Positions 20,336 through 32,947 of a DNA stretch of 32,947 nt are shown piece after piece (the stretch's first letter is position 1; each line of letters begins with the position of its first letter). Under the pieces are notes generated by a model. It was not told where the DNA came from. It made no database searches and saw nothing but the letters and a program-made list of their open reading frames with translations. This DNA comes from Selaginella moellendorffii (Eukaryota; Plantae; Lycopodiophyta): NCBI RefSeq assembly GCF_000143415.4, contig NW_003314489.1, positions 1-32,947 of the forward strand, written 5' to 3'. Position numbers and translations under genes: made by a program.

Positions 20336-21764
20336 ACTCTGCAGACAGCCTCACACATCACCTCCATGAGCTCAGTTTTGACATATGCGGGCTCTGCAAT
20401 TGCATCAAAGCTGATTTGAGACGACATAGCTTATGATGGCTCTCTTACCATTAAGCGAAGAAGTTTGCTTGGAGACATGACACCAAGGATCTTGGGAACC
20501 GTTTATAAACAAAATCTTATCTCGAATGATGGACAACATCAGGGATCTTGTTTCCCCTGTAGTAAAGGTTTGTGCTATCGACTTCTGGGAATGTGCCGTT
20601 CTCGAAGACGTTGGAGCGTAAATCCAAATGGTACCCGCCCTGCACAAGCATCAGGACATGGGATAAGATGATACCGCTTGTGCTTATGTACTTGACATTG
20701 ATGAGATCAGAGCGAATGCTATTGTTGGCAGGCGCCGCTTGAAAGTATGCCAATTCGGTGCACACTTGGTACCTATCACCTACATGCAGGCTATCAACAA
20801 AAACACAATCTCAACATTAGACTTACTCGAAAGATCTCCTGTAGCCAAGTTTTCTTTCAAGTGCTTTTGATCATAAATATTGAATCTCGCATTTATGTCC
20901 CTCCTTTTTATAGCCGACTCTTTTATCTATTCAAGCCGTGAAACTATAAAATAGCTGCTCACCTGGTAATATTCACGAAATGCTGCGAGATCGAAAAGAG
21001 CCTGCTTGGAAAATCAAGTTCTCTGTCGCATGAGATTTGAATGGCAAGCTTTGTTCATAGTATTGGTGTTCCAGAGAAACAATCGCAGCTCCTAATCTTT
21101 TCACTAGCACCTTGACACCGCAGGTAAGAAAAACGATCCAATTCAGTCGATGCTTTATTTCGTTAAAGTGGAACTTTTCATTATCCCACTTATGGTGTGT
21201 GGCCACATGCCATTTTTATAACAACAATAAAAAATTGAAGTTTTAGCTTTATAATTTATAAATTAAAAACTTTTCATATGATTTTGTGTTATAATATTGT
21301 GAAATATAAAAAATAAATTAAAAAACTGATAGAAATATTAATAAATATTAATTAAGTACTAGGAAATGGCATGTGGACACATGCTAATTAATGTCCCACT
21401 TTACTGAATAAGTTCCACTTTAACGAAATAAAGCATGTCGAGAAAAAATGCTTTTCTTACCGCACTGTAATCGTTTTGGATCCCTACACACGGTCCCTCA
21501 CCACACATCTTGAGCATCGAAGTAGTCAGTAAACTCATAGTAACGGTGAGCAAAAGTTCCATCGTCCTGCAAAGATCGAGCATGTAAAAATCCAATCTCT
21601 CAAAGGAAAAAGAAAGAAAACTTCTCACTTGAGTCGCGTAGTGATCCAGAGTCTGTGTGTACCAATGCACATCAGTCGTCAACAGCGCATCGCTGCGATG
21701 CAACGTCGCGTGGAATGAGACGCCGGCGCAAGAAAATGCAGCCGAGACACCAAATCTTCTCCAT
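20336..21764 (-). pseudogene. Serine carboxypeptidase S28 family (EDA2/prolylcarboxypeptidase-like) pseudogene
   Basis: Exon remnants: HWYTQTLDHY (21629-21764), CGEGPCVGIQNDY (21461-21566), GAAIVSLEHQYY...KQALFDLAAF (20963-21110), CTELAYFQAAPANNSIRS, NGSQDPW. Frameshifts and stops are present, and the central region appears to be missing. Confidence 0.85.
21150..21436. mobile_element. 287-bp MITE with perfect 27-bp TIRs and 4-bp TSD, within an intron
   Basis: ATGCTTTATTTCGTTAAAGTGGAACTT ... AAGTTCCACTTTAACGAAATAAAGCAT, flanked by GTCG at 21146-21149 and 21437-21440. Confidence 0.9.
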
Positions 21765-22889
21765 TTCGGCCTGACTCTCAAAATTCCTGGATCCAGAGAG
21801 AAATCTCGCGCTTCCAAATATTCATGATCCCGCCATTCCCAAATGATAAACCCGCAACCAAACCCTAACGAATTCAACTGAAATGAGGTCTTCAAGGCAA
21901 ACGGTCCAACTCAACCGGAATTACCATATAGCTCGTCCTGGAATAGCATTTAGCCAGAGCATTAGTTGAAACCCGCAACTCTAGATATGATGCAACCTTG
22001 TTCGGCTGCAACTCTAGCTCTATCTCCACGAAGACGCTCTGAGCATCCTCTAGAAATACTGTACATCTAAAGAAATGAAAGGAACTAACTCAACTGTGCC
22101 TTGAGCTGCTTGGTCTCCTGCCTCAAGTCGATGACCAAGCATTTGCTCGCAAGTGGCGTCCAGCTTTTTTTGTACACGTAGATGTGAAACTATGATCAAG
22201 AGTTTTGATCGTAACAATGAATGGAAAGAAAAAGAAATTAAAAATAGAAAAGAATGTAATTGAACATACAAATTACTTTTGAGCAAACCGTCAATCTAAC
22301 GAACTATAACATATTTAGAATTTATAAACATTCTGAAACAATATCTTGTTTAGGAAAAGTGGGAAAAATACCAAACTTTCCAAGCACTGATTTATTATAA
22401 ATAGTAAAAGCAATGCAACGACAAACAATGTTTTTTTCTTAGGAATTGCTGATAAAGATTGGAAGCAGTGAGTGCCAATTCATCCTCGACCCTGAGAGGT
22501 AGCAAAAGTGGCTCGTTCTTCTTCTGAAGTCTCATTTACCCTAGACTAATCATCAGCTGGTGTGATACAGTCATCTGGGATAAGGTGAAGCTTGACAACT
22601 TGGTTCACGTTTGAGAAACATTTTCTTTTCTTAAGCACTGCTTACTCTTGGCTTCTTTGCATGTAGATTGGACATAATGTTGTGATAGGATGCAACTGTA
22701 TGATTTGTGGACAAGTTGGAATTGCTGGATCTTGCACATAAGTATGAGATCTTTCTCTTTTTCCTTCACTGCAGACTAGGTGATATGTAGTGCATTCGCT
22801 CTGCCAAGTTTCCAACTGCATACACTGCTAGCAAAGTCATTCAAGCGATCTTGTCTCTCGTTGCGATCTCTTCCAGAACATGCCCCACA

Positions 22890-23060
22890 GCGACTTCTAC
22901 TGTAAATGCGGGAGCGTCGAGGTCGCCGAGCTTGTGTTTGAGAGCTCCATTGCGTCTCCCAACACTGTGGCATGGAATACTTTGATTGCAGGACATGGCG
23001 CTCGAGGAGACGCCATCGCTGCGTTCCAAGCATTTCGGAGCATGCGAGTAGGAAAAGATG
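22890..23060 (+). pseudogene. Isolated PPR (PLS-class) fragment
   Basis: DFYCKCGSVEVAELVFE...VAWNTLIAGHGARG. Confidence 0.7.
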
Positions 23061-23382
23061 CACTTGAGAAAAAACTTTGATGTATATTTGAGGATTCGCG
23101 CCAAACAATCTTTGAAGGGGTGATCCCTGTTGGAGTCTTGAGAGCCTTGGTTTTGCGGCTACCAGCGAGTTTACACAGTCACCGAGCTCGAGAGCAAGCT
23201 TGGTGTTGTCAACAAGCTCTCGCCAAGCTCTCACATTGGATGTTTGCCACAAAGGTTTCGCAGAGCCACCACCGATTGCTGCCATTGTATCAGAGAGGTA
23301 GCTCCACTTTTCGCTGTGATTCGGACCTGGAGAAAAGAAAGTGATGGAAAGATTGACAACATCAGGAAGCAGGAAGCGATTT

Positions 23383-24330
23383 CTATGTGGTCCGCAACAC
23401 AAGCAGGGAAATCCCCACAGAACTCCCTTCCAGTCCCTGCCGGAGAATCTGTGCGTGGAAGAGCTTCCCGAGCTTCAAATCTCCCAGGTTCCTGCAAACT
23501 GGCAACAACGCAAGAAAGGTTTGAGAGTTTAGAGCAACTTCCAGGGCTGCATAGCATTCCAACGCAAGCTCGTCCTCGCCAATGTAAACACATCCAAACA
23601 GGAAAGAGTTCCACAAAACTATGTCGCGATCTAAGATTTTATCAAATACCCTGCGAGCGTCCATGATCAAGCTTCCACACTTGGCATACATATCAACCAG
23701 ACTGCCGGATCTCTCTCCAGGCCAAGCTGCGAGATCCACGAGTGGATTTTCATTGCTTTCTCGAGAGATTCTACGTCTAAATCCCATTTTCTTCTCTGTG
23801 ATTACGCTACAAGCCTTGATAGCGGCGAGACAAGCTAAACGATCGGGTTTAAATCGTTGTTCTTGCATGGAAGAGAAGAGAAGGAAAGCTTCGTCTCCAT
23901 CTCGGCTCTCGTGAGCATAGCCTGTGATGATCGATGTCCAGGAAACGATGTCGTGCTGCTCCATCGAATCAAACACCCTGCGAGCATCTTCTAGACTTTC
24001 ACAGTTGCCATACAAGTCCACCATCGCGTTTGCCAAGTGTATGTCTCCTCGCCTCCAACTTGAAGCCGCGAGAGCTTGATGCGTGAGAGTGAATCGCCAA
24101 AGCTCGTTCCAAGCTCTTAATCTTCACAGCCAACGACGCATCAATCTCCTCTCGCGCAGCCAGACTAGAGCAAGTTTTGATAGCTGCGAGAAAACTCGAG
24201 CAATCTGGATTGATCATAGCAGCTTCCATCTGGGAGAAGAGCTCGAGAGCCAAATCTTCCTGCCGGTTTTGAGCGTATCCCAGAACCAATACCGTCCAGG
24301 AGACAACGTCGTGGTTCTCAATCCCATCGC
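23383..24330 (-). pseudogene. PLS-class pentatricopeptide repeat pseudogene
   Basis: DVVSW..LGYAQN, VDLYGNCESLEDARRVFDSM..DIVSWTSIITGY, SLVDMYAKCGS. Frameshift near 24040; lacks a start and the C-terminus. Confidence 0.85.
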
Positions 24331-24456
24331 CGAGAGTTTCTCATGCTTCCACACTTGGCATTCCAGGAAATGTTCACTTAAACATGATACCTTTAAAATA
24401 AAAGATGCTTAAACTAAGATTCTGCCTTTACAAACAAGCCCTAGTGCTCATTCGAG

Positions 24457-25407
24457 ATGGTTAAGCGCGAGCGCGAGCGCGAGCATAGTTTAGACAATTA
24501 TATGCACAAAAAACTTAGGCAAGGGATGGATTACCACACGGTCCTGGATGAGAAACTCTGTGAGGAACACCCAGCGCTGGTAGAGAAATATAAACTAGAG
24601 AAATCGATTGGGGGTGGAGGGCAATCGACGGTGTACAAGGCATTCCGAAGGAGTGATGGGAAGGTTTTTGCGATCAAGACGGTCCATGGGCCCGATGGGC
24701 TGTTTGAAGCTCGGCTGATGGCTATGCTAGAGGTGTCACTCAAGGGTCTCGATGAGCAGGGGCTCGTCCACTTCGAGCAGCTCATACGAGAAGAGCCCAA
24801 TCAGTACGGGGAGGTGTACCACCTTGTTCTTGAGCTGTGCAATTGCAGCCTTCACGACCGGATCAAGTACAAGGGGCAGCTTGATGAGGAAGAATCTGCA
24901 AAGATCGTCATAGCTCTCGCCAAGACGCTAAAGAGGGTTCATGACAATGAGATCATCCACTGCGACCTGAAGCCCGCGAATGTTTTGCTGAAGTACCCGC
25001 GGCCTGGGATGTTCTATGTCCCAAAGGTGTCCGACTTTGGGATGGCTTGCTGGATGGAGGATCCGTGGAACGAGTGTGGGGCTGGGACGTGGGATTATAT
25101 GTCCCCCGAAGCGATGCTCGATGGGTGCTATATCACCGCCAGCGATGTGTGGGGCTTAGGGATGCTGCTTTACACTTGTCTCACGGCAATTTGTCCGTTC
25201 CCAAATATGGATGTGGAGGTGGTATTTAAGAATGCACGCAAGCGAGATCGAAGTTTAAGGAACCTCCATCACAATTCTATGGATTGGGATAGCATTCCAT
25301 CCCTTTCTGCAAGGCAGCTTATCCAAGGCATGACGGAATTGGATCCCGGAAGGAGGTTTACTTTGGAAAAGGTCCTCGAACATGAGTGGATAAAGAAATA
25401 TTTATAA
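24457..25407 (+). CDS. Ser/Thr protein kinase, CAMK/CDPK-like catalytic domain only, intronless
   Basis: GGGGQSTV, AIK, HCDLKPAN, DFG, GTWDYMSPE, DVWGLG, conserved subdomain XI Arg; 316 aa from ATG to stop. Confidence 0.9.
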   Translation: MVKREREREHSLDNYMHKKLRQGMDYHTVLDEKLCEEHPALVEKYKLEKSIGGGGQSTVYKAFRRSDGKVFAIKTVHGPDGLFEARLMAMLEVSLKGLDEQGLVHFEQLIREEPNQYGEVYHLVLELCNCSLHDRIKYKGQLDEEESAKIVIALAKTLKRVHDNEIIHCDLKPANVLLKYPRPGMFYVPKVSDFGMACWMEDPWNECGAGTWDYMSPEAMLDGCYITASDVWGLGMLLYTCLTAICPFPNMDVEVVFKNARKRDRSLRNLHHNSMDWDSIPSLSARQLIQGMTELDPGRRFTLEKVLEHEWIKKYL

Positions 25408-25814
25408 AAATAATGTTGCTCTTACATAAGGACCATGTAAATCTGCTAATGTGTGAATTAAAAAAAATATAAAAGATTGCTCTTACAGATTCTTTTTCTG
25501 AGGAGGAGCCGCACAAAAAGCCTTGATGATGGTCCACCCTCAGCGGGATATCAACTGCTCTGCAGGATCAGGCCGGTCCCCCACTTCCATTGAAAAGGAG
25601 AGAGCTCTTTTGTTTCATCTTGGCAATAGGAGATGAAGCATGGGCTGCTCCAGACGCTTCAATCCAGCAAAGTCTGCAAGGATTTTGGAGCACCACCAGC
25701 TTGCTGCTCTGAACTGCAGTTTTGTGTGTTGCATTTCTTGTCAGTTCCAAGGAGAGAGGTCCAACTTGAAAGCTTTGATGTAATCTTGTAATAAATTGCT
25801 ACATGTTGCATCGC

Positions 25815-26081
25815 TTGGTTTTTTTAATAATCAAATAAAGTTTATAATTATAAGCATGTTTGTAATTTATAAATATAAGATTAATCTTATTGCATATCAA
25901 CCATTAGATGATAGAATAAAAAATAATATACTAGAAAGAGTTTAAGAAAGTTTAAAAATTATAGACATGTTTATAAATTATAAATACAAAATTAATCTAT
26001 ATGAGTAACAACCGTTAGATGATAGAATATCCTAGAATATCCAAGCATTTTCTAGGTATATCCATTACCATCTAAAACCAA
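25815..26081. mobile_element. AT-rich MITE-like repeat, copy 2 (degenerate)
   Basis: Collinear with 19695-19940; ends TTGGTTTT / AAAACCAA. Confidence 0.45.
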
Positions 26082-27758
26082 AAATTGTAATATAATTTAT
26101 GATACTGACCCATCCAAAATTTTTTTTATATAAGTTTATTCTATAGTTTACTCAAAACCTCTTGTTAACAACAAGGTCAAAATATGGAGATATCGAGCTC
26201 AACTGCACCCTCATCAATTAATCAGTAGTTCCATCACAATTAGAATGAAGGATCATTAGCGTAAGCCATGGAGAATGAAAAAGAAATGTGATTTGTGTAA
26301 GAAACACTGTTTAATAATTAGAAACAGCCACCATCAGAATTTGCAACAGTAGCAACCAGAAATAAGGGTGTAAAAAAGACCTTTATTTGTCACCCTGGGA
26401 AACGAGTGAGAGAAGGAGAAACCGAGTGAGAAAGCATGGTCATGGTGTCACCGACTAGAATCTCCTAACATGAGACCAAGGAATTGGAGTCTGTTGCAAT
26501 GCCCCGAAACGGACACACAATGTTTTGTTCCAGTTATTGTCATGTGACAATAACTGTCACATCGAAAACCGTGTGGGAAAACATGGCGGCCCTCCTGCCA
26601 AGATCTAGGCTGAGATTCAGCTACAATGCGGGGAAGCTTGGCTATAAACCTTCTCTTGGAGAACTGCTAGACTGTCAAACAAATTTCTCTCAGAGATGTT
26701 ACAAACACTCCAGGATGAACTACTATTCACATCACTGATTATTTCTGCTCGAAAATGAGTTTTTCTGTTTCAGGTGTCATTGTTCCTAAGGAAGAAAGGT
26801 GATCAGTCAATGCAGAAAATCGATTTATGTCTGCTTGGAAGCTTTTTTCTGTTCGAGCTCGCTCCACATTGGCACCTGTGGAAGGGTGAAACTAGGAGAT
26901 GAAAACAGACATTAATCACAAAATACCTGCAAATGCTTGAGCATCCTTTTATCGCTTTGCCTGACATATAGAAGCATGCATGCCTTCCAGCTCAAAATGG
27001 TCAGAAATGTAAATGCAGCTTAAGTCTTAAGAAGCATTTCACACCAAGGACATAAGAAACTTATTTTCGTGCTCAATGAAATTATGCCCAGCCAGTTTTT
27101 TGGTTTTTTACTGGTAAATAAAAAGCCCTGATTAATAAGCACAAGATCTGGATTGGACTTTGGAAATCAACAATCGGCTGCAAGAGTTCGGCTGCAAGTG
27201 GCACGAAGCACACGCGATCCAGATCATCCAAGGCCTAGACTAATGCAATATGAACTTAAAGCATAGCATGGGGAAACTCTCATGACTCGGAGCGGTGGCA
27301 AAAGGGACTCTTTTGTATTTGGCAGAAAGCCTGCGCAAGAAAGTGAGTAGTGACAAGACGAGAAAAAGCACATAATACCTTTAGAAAGTGGAGTCTGCAA
27401 ACACTCCGGCAAAGGTCTCTCTCGATCGAGCATCTTTACTTCCAAGATTTTTGGAAGTTCTATAGCTCGGGCTAGACTGTGTAGGCTTCGGGGTTTTCCT
27501 TTGAGAAAACAATCTGTAACATGACATCCTAGGAAGGATAATCTAAACAATACCAGGCTTCTTTCCAGAGACCGATCTTAAGCTTCGTGTATCGTTTCCA
27601 GTCTTCAGTCTCCTTGAATCCGACTGGGAGACCTGTCAAGTCAAGAGGAGATCTTAAACGATGGAGCATAGATAGAGTTGGAGAGAATATCAGCAATCTA
27701 GCAAGAACCCTAAATCCAACGGCGTAAATTCAAAGAGCTCCCGCCAATAGATATGATC

Positions 27759-29360
27759 TTAGCTCTCATAAACATGAGCCATCAACAAGTACGCTGACGA
27801 TTTCACCCTCACATCCATTCCAACCAACGCATCAAATGCTTCACTTCCAACTCTCGTGTTCTTCCACTTCCTACAAGCGCTCAAGATCGTCATCCAGGTC
27901 ACGACACCCGCTTGGAAAGGCATCGATCTCACAATCTCCAGCGCCTCCTCCAGATGGTTTGCTCGCCCCCTATCAATCATGCAGTGGTAGTGCTCAATCC
28001 CATACTTCTCTCTTTCGGTCCAAACAATCGTTTCCCTCGCTCCACAAGCCCGGCATGGCTACATGCGGCTAGCACACACAGCAGGGTCACACCTCCCGGC
28101 CTCATGCCAGTGTCCACCATCGCCTGGAACGTCACAAACACGAACTTCACGTCATCTTGGCGGCCATAGCCGGACACTAGAGCCGTCCATGCAACCACGT
28201 CCCGCGCGGCAACCATGGAACCATCAAAGACACGCTGAGCGTCGGCCATGGTAGCACACTTCCCATAGAAGTCGATCAAACCGGTGACCACGATGGTATC
28301 ACCCTCCAGTGCATGCCGGCAAATCTCGCCATGGAGACGTCGCCCAGCTTTGCTCGAGGCGATGGATCCGCACGCCTTGAGTGCTGCCACGAGCGTCCAC
28401 TGGTCGGGCTCCACTCCCTCGTCCACCATCGCGAAGAACACCACCAGGGAGCTCTCGCCATTGCCATTCTCGGCGTAGCCGGAGACGAGCCCCGTCCATG
28501 ACACTACATCGTGGCTCTCCATTTGATCGAAGGCCCTGTGCGAATCCTCCATGCTTCCAGCTCGCGAGTACATATCGATCAGGCTGCTGGCCACTAAAAG
28601 ATCTCGATCACACCCGGCTTCCGTAGCTCGAGCATGAACAGCCATGCCTTTCTCCAGGCTTTCGATCTTCACAGCTCTTCCATCAAAGTCCCTGGCTTCT
28701 TCTCGCGATGCCAAGTGATTGCAAGCCTTCACAGCAGCAAGGTAGCTCAAGCTATTTGCCACAACGCGTGGTTCTTCCCTGTGCGTGGCCGCGAGTAGCT
28801 CGAGCGCCATAGCCTCGCCATCATTCTCGGCATAGCCCAGCATGATCGTGTTGTACGAGACCACGTCCCGTGTAAGCATTGCATCAAAAACTCGCCGGGA
28901 ATCCACCATAGTTCCACACTTCGCATACATGTCGATCAAAGTGTTCCCCACGAAAACGTCCCTGGAATCGCAGCCACTGTTCACAGCTGCGAGGCGATGG
29001 ATCACCATTCCAGTGGTGAGAGTGCGAAACTTTATCACACTTCCGCCTTGCTCCTCCTCGGCAAGGCTGCTGCAAGCCTTGATCACTGCCACGAAAGTCC
29101 AAGCGTTTGCATGGTATCCCTGGTGAACCATGCACAAGAAGAGCTCCACCGCCACCTTGTTCTCGCCATTGTCACCATAGCCGAGTATCAACGCTGTCCA
29201 CGAGACAATGTCGTGGCTGGCAAAGCGCTTGAAGATCCTCCTTGCATCCTCCATACTCCCACACTTCATATACAAATCCACAAGTCCGTAAGCCATGAAA
29301 GCATCCGACTCAAATCCACTCTTGCGAGCTTCGTGATGAACAGCCATGACGGTCTCAAGA
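27759..29360 (-). pseudogene. PLS/E-class PPR gene, 5'-truncated, frameshifted near 28000
   Basis: 456-aa ORF of P/L/S repeats to LAACSHAGLVERG. The E-type tail (LEEALEIVRSMPF...TWMTILSACRKW...SAYLLMAHVY) is in another frame. No DYW domain. Confidence 0.85.
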
Positions 29361-29364
29361 GCTC

Positions 29365-32300
29365 ACGGCTTTAAATCCCACAGGCCATGGAATATTTTTA
29401 GAATATTTTTGTGGTTTGTGTCATTCTCCCTTCCCTCATGACCCAACCATATATGGCAACTTCGAGAAGCTAAATGAGCCTCACATAGGCAATATGGCCA
29501 TGGAGAAAAGATGTGCAAACAGCAACACCAACGTCGCGACAAATGGTCACGAAAGAAAGAAAGAAATACAGCTTTCTCACATGACAATATGGTCATGGAA
29601 ACAAAAGAATAAGAATAGAACAAATGGCTCAAAGCATATAACAATATAGCTATAGAACTCAATTCTCCCATTCCTCAGGAATGTCATCCAAGTCATAACC
29701 AAAACTCGAAAACACTCTCTTCATATCATCCTCAGTTTCTCATGTAGTTTTGTCCATGGAATAGCCATTCCATTGAACTAACAACTCCTTAGTTGTCTTC
29801 TAGCGTGTTTTCACTAATCTTTGAGCAAGAATATTGGCTGGACTAGCCTTCTCTACATCAATCTCTGGGACCTGGATGATGGATTGATCCACTACATCAC
29901 CAAAGTGCAAACACACTTTAAGCTTGCTCACATAGAATGTTGGATAAATCTTCGAGCTAGTTGGCAAGTCCAAAGTGTATGCAAGATCCCCCACATGCTA
30001 TAAATTGTCCAAAGCCTACAATATTGTGGAGACAACTTAGCACTGCCATCTCCTTTTAGAGACTATTGTGCATTTGACAACTTAAGGAATACCTTGTCAC
30101 CAACTTTGTACTTTTGATGACAACAATGTTCATCAACTAATCATTTGCCTCGCTCTTGAGCTTGCTTTATGTTTAATTTTGCCAACTCAAGATTGTTTTG
30201 CATATCCAAGAAATCACAAGCATGAAGTACCCGAACCAAAGCCAAATTCAAACTCATCGAAGACCTAGGCTCATAGCGATACATCGCCATAAAAGAAGAC
30301 ATGCCAATAATTGATTGATAAGCACTATTGTGAGCAAATTGAAGTAAAGGCAAGTATTTCTCCTATACTCCCTATCGAATCAAGTTTCCCACAAAAGACC
30401 TCAACATATCTTCTAATAGCTGATTCATATGCTTTGTCTACCCATCTGATTGTGGATGCTCACCACTACTCATACTTAGCTTAGTCTTTAGTTCTCAAAG
30501 ACCATTTGCCAAAACTTGGACGTGAACTTGGGATCCTGATCAGACTCGGCAAAACATAAAGATTGAATAACCAGTCTACAAACAACTGAGCAAGTTCAGA
30601 AGTTTTTATCGTCGTCTTTAGCAGGAAGAAGTGAGCTATCTTCGTCAAATAATCCACAACAACCCAAATAGCATCATTTCCTTAAAAGGTTTTGGGCAAA
30701 CCAGTGATAAAGTCCATCGAGATGTTATCCCACTTATTCTCAGGTACACATAAAAGATGATAGAGGTTAACGAGCTTTTGATGATTAACTTTGACCACTT
30801 GGCAGGTCAAACAACCATGTATGTACTTCTTAACATTTGGCCAAAAGAAATGCTTCTTCACCAACATATACGTTTTTAATACCCCTAGATGCCCAGCATT
30901 TGGCATATCATGACACCCAACCAAAATTCGTTTTGATGAGTTTGTTAACATGAGGAACCATTATATGTCCCTTTTACACTAGGATTCCATCTTGTATTTT
31001 GAATGACGCAAATTTGTTCAACAAAACTTTCACATGAATATTAGTGATAAAGCAGTCGAAGTCAACAAACTCCTTAAGCTCATCTAAGAGATCGCTGGAT
31101 AGCTTCATGAATGAGATAGAATTTATCATCCTAGATAATGCATTAGCCATCTTATTGTCACCTCCATGCTTGTACCGGATCTTAATAGATATTTTCTGCA
31201 GGAACTCTTGCCAATGAGCAAGGCGACCTCAAAGATCCACATCTGGAGAGACTGATGATCTGAATCTACATGGAAGTTCGATCCATATAAATAATGTTGC
31301 CATTCCTTCACAATAGCAATTATGATATACAACTCTTTGTTGCGAGTAGGTTAATTCTACTGTGTGGCATTAAATTTGTGGCTCATGAATGTGAGAGAAT
31401 GCCTAATTGGAAGTAATATAGCCCCAAAAACACATATAATTTCCACTATAGTCATCTTATCATTCATTGACCCCTTCAAAACAATCTTTTCTCTGACATC
31501 CAGACCTGTGGCAACGGAAACAATTGCCCTCTGCCTTGTCTTTTTCTCACTAGTGTAAATGAAGTTTCGTAGCCTTAATGCCATCTTCATTCTTCGAGCC
31601 ACAATGGAACAACGGCTGTTTCATTCCCAAATATGAAGCATTGGCGAGTTGGTCATCACGTTGACCACCCCGTAGACCATCCTGTTGACCATAATTGACC
31701 AAGTTGACTGATAGTTTGGGTGAAAAGATCTAAGCTTTAGTGATAGCATTAGTCAATGTTGCTAGAAAATCCTTCTTAACCTCCACTAAGCTCAATCCTT
31801 TGATGAAACATTGCACCTTTAGCAACTCATTATAGGTGCCCGTAAGACTACTAAGGCAAAGATCACGGAACTTGTAGGCATACGCATCTAAAGACAAAGT
31901 CCCCTGCCGGATCTCTAACAGCTAGTTCACAAGATCAACCTCTTCAAACTTTTTGACAAATGAAGTGTGGAAAACTTTTGTCAAATCAATCTAAGAAGTT
32001 AGTTTTGAATTAGTTTTGATGTAGTTCTTCCACCACGAAGAAGCACTTATCGTCACAAAAAAACCTATCTTCACTTTATTCTCATAAGAATTGTGAGACC
32101 AACAACTTTCTCACAATTCCTGGTATTGTGGAATATAAATCATTACTAAATGTTTGTGATAGTCAAAAGGTTAATTCTTGGTTTAATCTTTGGCATGCCT
32201 GACATACCAATGGTAATCACGGATATGAGTGTGATTCAATGGGTCCATGCAAAGCAAAAAATCTTTAATAAAATTGATAGAATCTTTAACTTCTTTTATG

Positions 32301-32558
32301 TCACTCTAAATCTTAGAAATCTAGTGTCCTTACCGCACAACGACATTATCAAAAGTCTCTTTTACATCATCAACGCCATACTCCTTATTAGGATCAATAT
32401 CTTGCTCACCTGCCACCCCTAAAAGAATGTGCTATCTTATTACCAATGAAACGAATAGAAGAGTGAACTTTAGGCCAACCTCTTAATCCTTAAGGCGTTA
32501 GAGCCTTAAATCCCACCTGCCATGGAATATTCTGGGAATATTCGTGTGGTTCGTGTCA
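29365..32558 (-). mobile_element. Decayed Ty3/gypsy (chromovirus-like) element; PR/RT not seen, 3' LTR truncated
   Basis: gag remnant ~31800-32050 (SSWWK..EIRQG..CFIKGL), RNase H (KEWQHYLYG..DSDHQSL), integrase ([16 protein letters not shown]), chromodomain-like LVQWNGY. LTR starts TGACAC at 32558 and 29423, PPT at 29424-29437, PBS-like TGGTATG near 32203-32209, 5' LTR ~32211-32558. Confidence 0.85.
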
Positions 32559-32947
32559 CATTTCGACAAGGCAGCTCTCCACGAAAATGGATCCACACCT
32601 CCTCTCCAGCGCCTGCGAGTGGATTGCCATTCCAATCTCCAGCGATCTCGTCTTGGAAAGCCGTGGCAATGCTAGAGCATGCCTTGGCCGCAGCAACAAA
32701 AGTTCTCGAGTTTGGAGTCGCGCATTGGCGAGAAGAGGGAGAGCGCCGCCAATCCATTGTCGTTCTCTGCGTAACCGAGCATGAGCGCATTCCACGAGAC
32801 AATGTCATGGCTGGGCATGGCGTCAAATACCTCTCGTGCTTCGCCTATGAGGGAGTACATGTCCACCAGGCTGCTGCCCACGAAGAGATCGCCCGCCACT
32901 TCACTGGCTATGGCGTCGGAGTGGAGCTCCCGCCTCCTCTTGGCATC
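32559..32947 (-). pseudogene. PLS-class PPR fragment (continues beyond window), cut by the gypsy LTR
   Basis: DLFVGSSLVDMYS..AREVFDAMPSHDIVSWNALMLGYAEN with frameshifts; ends ...CLVEM exactly at the LTR start. Confidence 0.8.

Noticed and set aside
21359-21385. Helitron 3' end (hairpin plus CTAG on minus strand)
   Set aside because: Lies inside a TIR- and TSD-bounded MITE, which explains it better.
21920-22060. Further PPR-like remnant (LEDAQSVF) on minus strand
   Set aside because: Too short and degenerate to support.
25490-27700. Possible exons and short ORFs
   Set aside because: No recognisable domain or consistent exon chain.

Overview
Eukaryotic, repeat-rich nuclear DNA. A non-seed land plant such as the lycophyte Selaginella is inferred from ~45-65 nt introns, PLS-class PPR genes and chromoviruses. 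Left to right: (1) the right half of a Sola/DUF7869-like DDD DNA transposon (transposase, right TIR ending ~3274); (2) a 15.3-kb minus-strand, non-coding Ty3/gypsy-derived LTR element (3522-18863, TSD ATTGC) containing a younger, near-intact plus-strand chromovirus (7110-14634, TSD CATGC); (3) an AT-rich zone with MITEs, one sharing the Sola-like TIR and sitting in an intron of a peptidase S28 pseudogene; (4) PPR pseudogenes, an intact intronless Ser/Thr kinase, and a decayed gypsy element beside/within PPR sequence. The most striking feature is the inner chromovirus. Its integrase is split by two short spliceosomal-type introns, and further candidate introns span the U5/PBS, the gag-protease junction and the 3' UTR. 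This suggests splicing separates mRNA from genomic RNA. It also shares a covarying multi-hairpin RNA module (tandem T-loop arms, GACA loops, palindromes) with the non-autonomous outer element. All alignments and counts were made by eye.
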